Of a DNA stretch of 64,000 nt, positions 47,223 to 58,551 are shown in pieces. The DNA lies in contig CM059438.1 in NCBI GenBank assembly GCA_030390025.1, positions 64,544,001-64,608,000 on the forward strand. Direction: 5' to 3'. The notes beneath the pieces are model-generated. The model did no database searches. It was not told where the DNA came from and saw nothing but the letters and a program-made list of their open reading frames with translations. The translations under genes were made by a program, and so were the position numbers. The stretch's first letter is position 1, and each line of letters opens with the position of its first letter. The stretch comes from Squalus acanthias (lineage: Eukaryota).

Positions 47223-48887
47223 TGTAAGGGGTGACCTGTGGCTCTGTGCTTAGCCTGGGTGCTAGTGCGAGGTTAGGCCTTGTTGCCTGTTCTGGTCTCC
47301 AGCCAGCCTGGTAACACTAGACACCTGTGAGTGGTTCGACCCACTCGCCCTTACGGTTCTGACACTGGACTTAGGTGCGAGAGCAATAATGCAGAGAAAA
47401 CTCAGGTAGACCCGGTTGAATAGTGCGAAATGGAAAATCTTTATTGCATATTATTCAAGATTACGAGATACATGTCATAAGCACAGATTAATGACAGTAC
47501 AATCTTACACACAGTTATGTAACTAATTTTTGGGAAACGAGGAGCGCATGACACATCGAAAAAGGGGGCACACATTACAATTATCCTTAAAACTTAAACC
47601 CTCCCCTATCAATACCTGTCCTAAACTAGATTTGTAGGATCGAGACTCATGCTCACCACTCATGATAACTCGGAGAATTCCGAAACTCTGCTCGGATGTT
47701 TTTACCGCAGCACTTGACTATTCACGTGTTGATCAGGGGTCTCTGTACCCCACTTGTTTACTCGTTTCTGCTCCAGCTAGCAGGCTGGACCGTCTGCTGT
47801 CATGAAGATCTGTGTTGTCCTCGGAGTTCCGATACTACTCGAAAAAGAGTCTTCCTGTGCCCTCACCAATTTGTAAAACTCAAAGAATGGTCTTCCTGGG
47901 CAAGGAAAGTGTTTATTCGATTTACAGGCGCGGTCGGGGCTTACTGACCGTGGCGATACGTATTGTCGTCTTCTTCTCTTCTCATCTCATCTCATCTCAT
48001 CTCATCTCGGGGCTTCGGTTCCAACACCGTTTACCGACTTCTCGGGATGGTGTGCCTGTTTCAAGGCCTCACAGCCCAGTTCTACACAGATCTTCGCGGC
48101 AAGCCACGAGGTTGATCCTAGTGGATCAGAGTCCAGAGCCGTCAGGCAAGAGAATAAAAGTTCAACAGTCTTCCAGCGAGTCAAAACAGCAAGTGCAAAA
48201 AGAAGCAGAGACAGCAGTCAGCAGCAAGAGTAGCAGGAGGCAAGAGAGGCAAGAGACAGATGGACGGTTGTACCTTACAGTTATAGTGCTGTAATTCCTC
48301 TTTTCCCGCCCAATCTTAATGTCTATCTTTTGTCAGGTTTTTGGTGCTCAAACTTCTTGTATAGGGTGATCTCCGTTTTTAATGGGTTTCGGTGATACTT
48401 GTAACTGTCTGAGTACCCGTTAATACTTCTCCCATTGTGTAACCAGCTAGTAGTCTCCCTGGAGGGGTTTTGGGGCTTCCAAATGCTTTCTGTAACTACC
48501 CGCAAACGGCTCTCTCATCGTAGAGTCGTGGGGATTTTGCATATTGATGTCTTTGGATGGGTTCTTGATCGCTCGGTACAATAGCCCTTATTCGCACCTG
48601 GGAGACCGATTCCAGTATTTATGGATAAAATACAAACCCATCATGTCTTGTCAATTATCTCAAATGTGCTGAGTCCTGTACGATCTTGCACAAATGTTTA
48701 TTGGAACGCCATCTTGTCTGCTCATTGAAAGTCTAGAACGTTCTGCCACGAGGCGTGGCGGCCATTTTACAGGCTGTTTGTGTCCGCTTTGAAACCTGAC
48801 AGCATTCTGCTGAAATAAAGCTGTTTGTATGAAACTTTATGTCTCCTTCTTATATTATAAAATCGCGATAATTTTGCGAATTCTACA
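47223..48887 (-). mobile_element. Long (1665 bp) solo LTR copy 2, nested in Gypsy pol
   Basis: TGTA...TACA with 4-bp TSD CTAG; splits pol between RT and RNase H. Confidence 0.9.
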
Positions 48888-49970
48888 CTAGAGAGACTTC
48901 TCTTACAAGCGTCATAAGCTTCCTGTTGCACTTTCATCCACTTCCACTGGACATCCTTCTTGAGGAGCTTGTGCAATGGAGCTAACACAGTCGTTAACTC
49001 AGGTAAAAAACGTGCGGAGTACTGGACCATTCCAAGGAAAGATCTTAACTCAGACATGTTCTGTGGCTTTGGAGCATTGTTGACAGCATCAAACTTTTCC
49101 TTCACTGGTTGCAAGCCATTTGCATCAACTTTCAGACCAAGGTACACAACCTCAGGCTGCACAAAATCACATTTGCTCCTTTTCAATTTGACATTGTGGG
49201 CATTCAACATTTGAAGCACCAAATCTAACACTTCTAGATTTTCTTCCTCGCTGCTTGTTGCGGTCAGCACATCGTCTTGATTGCATAAGCAAATTGGAAC
49301 TCCTTGCAAAATCTTATCCATCGTAGCCTGGAAGATTTTGGGGGAGAACTTTACACCATATGGCAGCTTGGTGTATGAGTACAGTCCCTTGTGTGTGTTG
49401 ATAGTGAGATACTGGTGACTGTCTTTGTCAACATTCAGCTGAGCGTAAGCGTGTGACAGGTCAAGTTTGGAGAAAACCTTTGACCCAGAGAGTGCTGCAT
49501 ACAAATCTTGTGATGTAGGTAACGGGTAATGCTCAGCGTCAACTGCTTGGCTGATAGTAACTTTGTAGTCACCGCACAAACATACAGTTTTGTCTGCTTT
49601 GGGCACTACCACAATCGGGATAGCCCATTCACTTTTGTCAGTTTTTACTAGCATTCCGTTCTCTCTCAGCTTCGCTAGCTCTTCCTCCACCTGACTTTTC
49701 AACGCGTAGGGGACCGGCCTTGCCATACAATAGACAGGCTTCACGTTGGACTTGATGTGGATATGCGCGTCATACCCAGTGATGTCCTCAAAACTGTCTG
49801 TGAACATGCTTTTATACTTGTTCAGCACTGTGTCGAGTCACTTCTTTGAAGCATCTACACTGAAGACGTTTTTCCAGTCTAGTTTTAACTTTCTCAACCA
49901 ATCTTTGCCCATGAGGGTTGGCCTGTTGTAGCTTGCTACAATAATAGAAATTATAGAGCAGTCTGTGAGA
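48888..49970 (-). pseudogene. Gypsy pol reverse transcriptase
   Basis: ARPVPYALK, WAIPIVVVPK, LCGDYKVT, FSKLDLSHAY, LPYGV, NQDD, YLG, LRSFLGMVQY. Confidence 0.92.
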
Positions 49971-49972
49971 AT

Positions 49973-50966
49973 TCACATATCAATATATTGGTCGTTGATC
50001 AAAAGTTTTGTACGGAAATCTTTCTCATGACTGCTAGCATTGCCGCTAGTGGCATAGATACTGTAGATTCCTAGTACTTCAACTTCAGGTGTGTTCACTT
50101 CAATATTGTGAACTCCTCCCTTTTGTTGTCGCTGCTTTGCATTGCCACTAGAATAGATCTTACTTCCTGCTTTCGATCTAGCTCTGCAAGCTGTTGAAAT
50201 ATGGCCTTGCTTCTGGCAGTGAAAACACTTCACATTTCTGTATTGGCAGGATTGTGGTGAGTGATTTCCATTGCAGCGATAACAATTCACTGAACTGCTC
50301 TCACCGACATGCTTTTGACTCGGTCTCACAGCTTTAGGTTTGGTGGTGACTTTCTGACTGTAGACCTCAGCTGCACTAGTCACTTGAGTTGGACGGAGCT
50401 CCCTAGCATTCTTAGACGCCATCTCCATAGGGCAATTTTGCATGCTATGTCAAACGTTAGGGCCGGAGTGTTCAGTAACTTGGACTGTGTGCGCTCATCC
50501 ACCAGTCCACACACAAACTTATCTCGCAACGCATGATCCAAACATGTGCCGAAGTTACAATGCATAGACAGGTTTTTAAAGCTACAAGGTGCTCACTGAT
50601 AGTTTCACTTTGTTTTTGGTTTCTGATACCAAACTTATAGCTCTCTGCTATTTCTAATGGCTTTGGGTCGAAATTGTCCTCGAGTTTCTTGACAATGTCT
50701 TCAAACAACACATCCTTCGCTTTCCCTGGTGCGAGTAGGTTTGTCAAAGTTCTGTAGACATCTGGCCCGATCTCCGTTAGAAAAATTGCTTTCTTCCGTT
50801 CACGAATTACTTTATTTTGAGCTTGAACATTCTCATCTGCACCTTCGGTCTCAATAATGTTATTGACCTTAAGAAACATTTCCATCCACTCAATGTAAGA
50901 ATTGAATGGTTCGTAAGCTCGGTCATGCTTGCTGAGGCTTCCGATAAATCCCATAGGCGCGGCCAT
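49973..50966 (-). pseudogene. Gypsy gag with two zinc knuckles; frameshifted, protease truncated
   Basis: MAAPMGFIG...; CNFGTCLDHALRDKFVCGL; CYRCNGNHSPQSC and CFHCQKQGHISTAC. Confidence 0.9.
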
Positions 50967-51203
50967 GATTGTCCCGATCCCGTTGAACAGTGACTCAGCA
51001 TGCTACCTGTGTACCTGTGAGAATCAACGCCGCTGTTGCTGTGGATACATACATGCGAAAGCGAAGCACAGACGATTCTGCATCAGCATTAATGGTAAAA
51101 CATCGCAAAAATCCAGTTTAGGTGTCAGAAATTCACCTTAAACTTGTCCACTCAAAGTTTGAACACTGTGTCCTTCCATGATCCCTAAAAATGGCTTTGG
51201 GAG

Positions 51204-51219
51204 CCCATCCTCATCACCA
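51204..51219 (-). promoter_or_regulatory. Primer-binding site, tRNA-Ser(GCT)-like
   Basis: TGGTGATGAGGATGGG just inside the 5' LTR; equals TGGCGACGAGGATGGG (complement of the vertebrate tRNA-Ser-GCT 3' end) with two CpG transitions. Confidence 0.75.
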
Positions 51220-52042
51220 AAATGTAATATATGTGGGTAGAACAAATAAAGGACAGAGACAGGATGAGCTGCTCGTCCATGTGCTTCCTTTATTAGGCCA
51301 GAGTGAACTGAGCATGCTCAAACTAAACCATGTGACAAACCATGTGCCAATACATTACACTCAACTTGGGAGAAATTGCTTGTTTCCCAATTGCACCAAA
51401 CATCAGAAATTGGACACCCCCTTTCCAAAGTCAAGCAGGACTTGAATTTCCTTCCACTTGTATTTATTGAACACCGTTTTAATGTATAAAATGTCCAAAT
51501 GGACTCCAAGTAAGGAAAGTGGCCGCCAAGGGAGAGAATAGATGGGGCAACCAAATGCTTGATCTAGTAGGAGTTTTTTTTTAGTGCTGGTGAAGCAGAG
51601 GTTTAGGGAAACAGTACAGAGATAAGGGCTGAGGTTTTGCCACTGACAGTGGGAGGTGGGGGTGGGGGGTGCAGGCAAGGCCAGATAGAGGGGATATAGG
51701 GCTGGAGGAGGTTGCAAAGGTAAGGTGGATGGAGGCTGTGCGGGAATCTCCTCGATAAGGACAAGGATTTTAAATTCAATGCACTGAGAAATGGGGAGTC
51801 AATTTAAACCACTACATTACCACATAGAAGGAAAAAGATTTGTCTTTGTTGTGATTGCTGTCACAGAAATAGTGCTGAACTTTTTTTGCCATTCAACCAC
51901 AGACTGTGAGATGCAACCATGTTGCCTCATGTATTTAAACATGAGCATGAATGTGAACCAAAGTACTCTTTGTAAATGGACCTGAAACAATCCAATTCAT
52001 ACATCACTTTGGACCTGAACTACAATTCAGAGCTTGACATTG

Positions 52043-52660
52043 GGCCGTGTTTTGCAACCCCTACTTTGCGTATGAGGTGTGTACATGCCCGTAGGAACTG
52101 CGCAACTTCCGGGTTTAGGCATGCGAAGCACATGTGCTAAAACCTGGAACTTGCGATCTATCAAGAATCTTCTCGACAAATCCTTCGCATCCCCGGGAGA
52201 TGGGCCTCTGCGGGTGGAGAGTTGCGCTATTTGCCCAACTTCCGCCCGCTGAATGCCTGTGAACTTCTTACGCACATTAAAAACCCTGTCCAATAAGGTA
52301 AGTTTATTTTTAGCCCCATTGAAACATATTAATTTTTTTTCCAAAGATTACATTTTTGTTTTAAATATTTAATTAAATGGCATTTTAATTAATTTTAAAT
52401 ATGTAATTAAAAAAAATATATTTCATTTGTTCGTGTATTTTTTAAGTGATCCCCATTCATACTTATGGGAGTTCTGGAGGTACGGAACTCCCATAAGTAT
52501 GAATGGGGATTCCCTTCTTTTATTGGTTGGACCGGCCCATGTGAACCCAGGAGCGCTTGCGAACCGCCTGCGCCCCTGGGAAACATGGGCCTGTGCTCGC
52601 GCGTACCCGGAGAGGCCCAGGATCGCAAGTCTCCTACCTCCCGGGCCACCAGGTAAATTG
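52043..52660. mobile_element. Harbinger-type MITE (M3-related), truncated
   Basis: Starts GGGCCGTGTTTTGC; shares the AT-rich core and AAGGTAAGTTTATTTTTAGCCC with M3 in reverse orientation. Confidence 0.7.
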
Positions 52661-52674
52661 GTAGATTTAGTTTT

Positions 52675-53255
52675 TTCATTCACAGGATGTGGACGTCGCT
52701 AATGTATTGACCATCCCTAGTTCACAGAATCACAGAATCCCCACAGTGCAGATAGAGGCCATTTCGGCCCATCGAGCCTGCACCGACACATATCCCACCC
52801 TATCCCCGTAACCCCACGTATTTAATCCCCCCTAAGACTAAGGGTCAATTTATCAAATCCAAATCAACCTAACCCGCACATCTTTGGACTGTGGGAGGAA
52901 ACCGGAACACCCGGAGGAAACCCACACAGACACGGGAAGAATGTGCAAACTGCACACAGACAGTCACCCGTGGCCGGATTCGAACCCGGGTCCCTGGTGC
53001 TGTGAGGCAACCACCGTGTTGCCCTTGAGAAGGTGGTGGTGAGCCACCTTCTTGAACCGCTGCAGTCCGTGTGGTGAAGGTACTCCCACACTGCTGTTAG
53101 GGAGGGAGTTCCAGGATTTTGACCCAGCGACGATGAAGGTGTTCCCATGCGCCTGCTGCCCTTTTCCTTCTAGGTGGTAGAGGTCGCAGGTTTGGGAGGT
53201 GCTGTTGAAGAAGCCTTGGCGAGTTGCTGCAGTGCATCTTGTAGACGGTACACAT
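52675..53255 (-). mobile_element. LINE 3' fragment (16958/56597 family) containing a V-SINE insertion
   Basis: Matches 56600-56960; interrupted at GTT|GCCCTTGAGAAGG. Confidence 0.8.
52723..53017 (-). mobile_element. V-SINE (HE1-like)
   Basis: Minus strand: B box GGTTCGAATCC, V domain GTGGGTTTCCTCCGGGTGTTCCGGTTTCCTCCCACAGTCCAAAGA, CR1-like tail (GATTCTGT)n. Confidence 0.88.
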
Positions 53256-53256
53256 C

Positions 53257-53570
53257 TGGTTATGGTATTAGACTAGCAACCCAGAGGCTATGAATCCAAT
53301 TCCCAACATGGTAAGTTGTGAAACTGAATTCAGGACATCTGGTAATTTGTGGGCTGGCACCAGAAAAATGACAATGAAAATCTCTGGATTGTCGTAAAAA
53401 CCCAACTGGTTCATTACTGGCCTTTAGGGGAGTGCTGTGGACAGCTGGTTATCTCAGTCCCACAATAATGTGGTTGGCACTTAGGTTTGCTGTTTAGCCT
53501 CCACCAGCTTCTCAGGCAGTGTGTAGCCATACCAGTATCACCCACATCCTGAGAACGAATAAAAACAAAA
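53257..53570 (+). mobile_element. tRNA-derived SINE whose tail resembles the 3' end of the 56597 LINE family
   Basis: Related to 19130-19350; ends CACCCACATCCTGAGAACGAATAAAAA. Confidence 0.55.
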
Positions 53571-54831
53571 TTTAGAAGAAGATGTGGAATTCCTGCACAT
53601 GGACAGGGATTGGTATAATCAGAAACAAACAATAAACCATCACATGCAGCGACAACAAGAGGTTACAATTCAGCCAGTGCACTAGGAGAGGCTGGAAGTT
53701 GTATAGAGTGGAATCACCAGCAAAGTATTGAAGAGAAAGAATAAACGCTTTCCTTTATATGATGCATGGATGTCATTTTGTCAGGTTCTGTCCGAGCCTC
53801 CATGTCGCTCCATAATCAGTTGCTTTGAAGTGCAATGCCTGCTGTTATATAGGCTCTGTTAGGAGACTGGGTGTAGCCTGGAGCTTAACTGCAGATGTTT
53901 CCTGATTGTCTATCTTATTGCTTGAACACAATAACCCGAAAGATTTAATTGTTGCAAAAGACTATCGAGATTTGTTGGTATTAACTATCATCCCAACATC
54001 GACCTCTCCACAATGTCAGCTTGCCTGGGTAATAGGGCCTCAGGTGTGATGAACAAGAGAACTCACCCAGCAGTGGTCTCTGCTTGATGCAAGAAAATAA
54101 AGTGAAAGATTGGTCATGCCTTTGATGTAACCATGTCCATATTTTAGACCTCCTCTGATTGGCTACAAAGAACAGTCTTCTCCCCTACCCACCCAATCAG
54201 AAACCATCTTATTTTTCCAAAGCTCACCCACCTCCAAAATGTCCACTGGGCCTAAGGAGGCAGAGAAACCAGGAAAGTGATTTTTCTTTTAATTAAAAAG
54301 GGTCAGAATGGATAGTTTAGGAGCCTTGTAAACTACACTTCTTGTTACTAGCTGGAAGAAGATCATCTGCCCCATTGTGGCAGAATGCAGCCCTGCCCAC
54401 AACAAACACCCAGTTTAAACACACGCATGACCCAATCCCACGTTCAAACTCTACCTGGAGCAGAGGAAATAGAAAGTTCTGTGGGGCTCATTCGAGGAGG
54501 CTCCCTCCATGCGACACCCCTCCCTTCTCAAACCAAACCCACTCTCCAGAAGAATACAGACCAGCAACAAAGATTCCCTGTCTGACAGGGAAGGACAAGA
54601 GGCCCAATTATTAGTAGGCAGGGGCCCATGCTCCATGACACAGCTTCATCCCTCGCTTCAATGCTTAATCCCACTTTGCTCCCAGAGCAAGCATAACTAT
54701 GTGAGAAAACATTAATGCATCATTGTGTTCCTCCTGTAATTAATGTCCAGTGGATTGAAAATTCAATTTAAAGTGTGCAGGAGAAAAAGATTAGACAGAA
54801 ATATGTAAATGGTAACCAGAGCTAAAATAAT

Positions 54832-55075
54832 AGGAGAACTTCCCTGTGCTTCTTCGAAATAGTGCCATGGGATCTTTTGATGGGAACCACATGCGAGGGC
54901 ATACCGGGCCTCGGTTTAACATCCCATCCAAAAGAAGGCATCTCCGACAGTGCAGCATTCCCTCAGCACTGAACTGGTGTGTCAGCCTAGATTATATACT
55001 CAAGTTCCTGGAGTGGGGCTTGAACCCCACAACCTTCTGACTCAGTCGAGAGTGCTGCCACTGAGCCGCAGCTGA
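54832..55075 (-). mobile_element. DeuSINE 5' half
   Basis: tRNA head and Deu domain in reverse orientation. Confidence 0.8.
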
Positions 55076-56164
55076 CGACTGAACTGTATAACAGGGAACA
55101 GAAATGCCATTAAATTTCATGCCTCAGCCTGAACAACTCGGCCCTTGGTGCAAAGGTAAATTACGGCTAAGAGCAAAAAATGTTATTTTTGAAGAATTTC
55201 TGTGATTGAAGTAAATTATTCTCAACTCTCCACAGGAACAGTCTGCGATGGTGCATTAAATGATTGATGTTTACTCTATAAATGCCCTGGTTTGTACGCA
55301 ACAAGCGAGGCAAAAAATTATTTCCTGATAGTCTGCGCAGAATAATGGGTTGATTTCGCAACAGCAGTTGAAATGCCTAGTTCAGTCCCCTTTGTACATG
55401 CTTTCTGTGCCGGCAACTGGTTTTGAATAGTGACAGTTTAATGACATATTGGTTGCTCAGTATAATGGTAATATTTTGTATGTGACATCTGTCTCCTATG
55501 CTGTGAAGGTACGGATCTTTTGGTTGAATGGCCTTAAGAATTTCCATGCATTGACTATGGTGCTGAAATCAATGTGTTATCTTAGCTCTGCGTTACATTC
55601 CATTGTCTCATTATACTTGCTGTGAACATGTACATAAATTCTTCCATTACGCTATTAACATGAAGCTGTCTGTCCAGAAAAAAAACCCAGAGGCATTCAG
55701 ACTTGACTTGTTCAGTCTCATGCAGCATTAAAACGGAATGCTGTGCATTCATGGCCTCGTACAAACCGGATTTTAAAAAATCAATCGTGAATGCTGTACT
55801 TCTACCTGCAGTCACACTCCTTCACAGGCACAGCACTGACAGTCACTGGCAAGGTCACAGCTTAAATTCTGTGCTCCAGCATCATTCCAGGCTGCCACTG
55901 AGAACATTAGCAATGTAAGCCAATCAATTGATATAGGTATAAAGTAAGTGGTTGATGTCTTGTTTGCTCGAGCAAGCGATTTAATTGGATAGCAGCGTTT
56001 CACAGAATGGCAGGATCCACAAGGGGGGTGGTGGGGGGTGGGGGGAGTGTACAGGTTATATTCCTTTGGTCCTACATGCATAATGCCACATGACTCGTAA
56101 AGGAATTCACTCTATAAATGTTCTGCATGCTTGCAACCAGATTATGTAACTCATATGTTTAAAA

Positions 56165-56596
56165 AAAATTTGCATTTATATTGTGCCTTTCATGACCTCC
56201 GAACGTCCCAATGTGCTTTACAACCAATTAAGTATTTTTGAAGGACCTTGCAACACTGCTGTAATATAAGAAACGCGGCAGGCGTTTTGCGCACTGCAAG
56301 CTCCCACAAACAGCAATGAGTTAATGACCAGATGATCTGTTTCAGTGATGTTGATTGTGGGCTAAATATTGGCCAAGACAAAAGACACAACTCCACTGCG
56401 CTTCTTTAAAATAGCATGGGATCTTTTACGTCCGGGAGAGGGTAGACAGGGCCTCGGTTTAACGTATCATCCAAAAGGCAGCACCTCTGACAGTGCAGCA
56501 CTCCCTCAGTATTGCACTGGAGTGTCAGCCTAGATTTTTGTGCTCAAGTCACTGGAGATGGACTTGAATCCACAGTCTGCTGACTCAGAGGCAAGG
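56165..56596 (-). mobile_element. DeuSINE; its first bases (CTGAGCCACAGCTGA) reappear at about 58140-58154, beyond a LINE insertion
   Basis: Homology to 44706-45168. Confidence 0.8.
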
Positions 56597-58135
56597 AATT
56601 TTTTTTATTTGTTTATGGGATGTGGGCGTCGCTGGCAAGGCCAGCATTTATTGCCCATCCCTAATTGCCCTTGAGAAGGTGGTGGTGAGCCGCCTTCTTG
56701 AACCACTGCAGTCTGTGTGGTGAAGGTACTTCCACAGTGCTGTTAGGAAGGGAGTTCCAGGATTTTGACCCAGCGACGATGAAGGATCAGCGATATACTT
56801 CTAAGTCAGGATGGTGTGTGACTTGGAGGGGAACTTGGAGGTGGTGGTGTTCCCATGCGCCTGCTGCCCTTGTCCTTCCAGGTGGAAGAGGTCGCGGGTT
56901 TGGGAGGTGCTGCCGAAGAAGCCTTGGCGAGTTGCTGCAGTGCATCTTGTAGATGGTACACACTGCAGCCACGGTACACCACTGGTGGAGGGAGTGAATG
57001 TTTAAGGTGGTAGATGGGGTGCAAATCAAGTGGGCTGCTTTGTCCTGGATGGTGTCGAGCTTCCTGAGTGTTGTCGGAGCTGCACTCATCCAGGCAAGTG
57101 GAGAGTATTCCACCACACTCCTTACTTGTGCCTTGTAGATGGTGGAAAGGCTTTGGGGTGTCAGGAGGTGAGACACTCGCCGCAGAATACCTAGCCTCTG
57201 ACCTGCTCTTGTTGCCACAGTATTTATGTGGCTGGTCCAGTTAAGTTTCTGGTCAATGGTGACCCCCAGGATGTTGATGGTGAGGGATTTGGTGATGGTA
57301 ATGCCATTGAATGTCAAGGGGCGGTGGTTAGACACTCGCTTGTTCGAGATAGTTATTGCCTGGCACTTCTGTGGCGCAAATGTTACCTGCCACTTATCAG
57401 CCCAAGCCTGAACATCATCCAGGTCTTGTTGCATGCGGGCATGGACTGCTTCATTATCTGAGGTGTTGTGAATGGCGCTGAACACTGTGCAGTCATCAAC
57501 AAACATCCCCATTTCTGACCTTATGTTGGAGGGAAGGTCATTGATGAAGCAGCTGAAGATGGTTGGGCCTAGGACACTGCCCTGAGGAACTCCTGCAGCG
57601 ATGTCCTGGGGCTGTGATGATTGACCTCCAACCATCACAACCATCTTCCTTTGTGCTAGGTATGACTCCAGCCAGTGGAGAGTTTTCCCCCCGATTCCCA
57701 TTGACTTCAGTTTTACTGGGGCTCCTTGATGCTACACTCGGTTAAATGCTGCCTTGATGTCAAGGGCAGTCACCCTCACCTCACCTCTGGAATTCAGCTC
57801 CTTTGTCCATGTTTGGACCAAGGCTGTAATGAGGTCGGGAGCAGAGTGGTCTTGTCGGAACCCAAACTGGGCATCAATGAGCAGGTTATTGGTGTGTAAG
57901 TGCTGCTTGATAGCACTGTCGATGACACCTTCCATCACATTTCTGATGATTGAGAGTAGACTGATGGGGCGGTAATTGGCCGGATTGGATTTGTCCTGCT
58001 TTTTGTGGACAGGACAGTTTTCCACATTGTCGGGTAGATGCCAGTGTTGTAGATGTACTGGAACAGTTTGGCTGGAGGCATGGCTAATTCTGAAGCACAA
58101 GTCTTCAGCACGATAGCCGAGATGTTGTCAGGGCC
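56597..58135 (-). mobile_element. Non-LTR retrotransposon RT region and 3' UTR (CR1/L2 super-group)
   Basis: ORFs 57732-58100 and 56787-57701: NYRPISLLS, AQFGFR, GVPQGSVLGP, FVDD, WADKWQVTF. Confidence 0.92.
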
Positions 58136-58551
58136 CACCTGAGCCACAGCTGATACGACATGTTGATAGGGTGAGATGAAGTAATGTGGGAGGAGACTTG
58201 TGTGGTGCATAAACACTGGTACAGATCTGTTGGGCCAAATAGCCTGTTTCTGTGCTGTAAATTCTACAGCCGGAATTTTCATTACCTGCGCGGGTCGGGT
58301 GCGGGCGATCGGCGTGGCGGGTCGGAACCCCATTCTTCTTTTCATCCCAATCCTCAGAGTGACTTTGCCTTAATGTCACCTATTAAGGCAGGCCTGCGCG
58401 TTATTAAATGTTGCGGGTCTGATGATGTCATTGATGATTCATTTCCAGCCGGGATATTTAAAGCAGCCTTGGCCACATTGCATTTGAAGGTTCATCTAGA
58501 AGTGTGCAGGCAGTACATATCACCATTTGGTTATTGCTCAGCCTTGCAGAT

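Larger units (their letters stand above)
45362..51359 (-). mobile_element. Gypsy/Ty3 LTR retrotransposon (Mag-like), both LTRs present, internally deleted, two nested insertions
   Basis: 5' LTR 51223-51359; 3' LTR 45362-46120 (split by a MITE); 5-bp TSD CTCAA; PBS at 51204-51219; PPT at about 46125-46135; gag-RT-RNaseH-IN order. Confidence 0.93.

Noticed and set aside
47812..48294. 160-aa ORF, shared in part with 20849-21217
   Set aside because: Antisense to the inferred LTR orientation, crosses a (TCTCA)n microsatellite, and its ends differ between copies; the sharing is explained by common ancestry.
48767..48887. Novel C-terminal extension of the 353-aa RT ORF
   Set aside because: Read-through into the inserted solo LTR.
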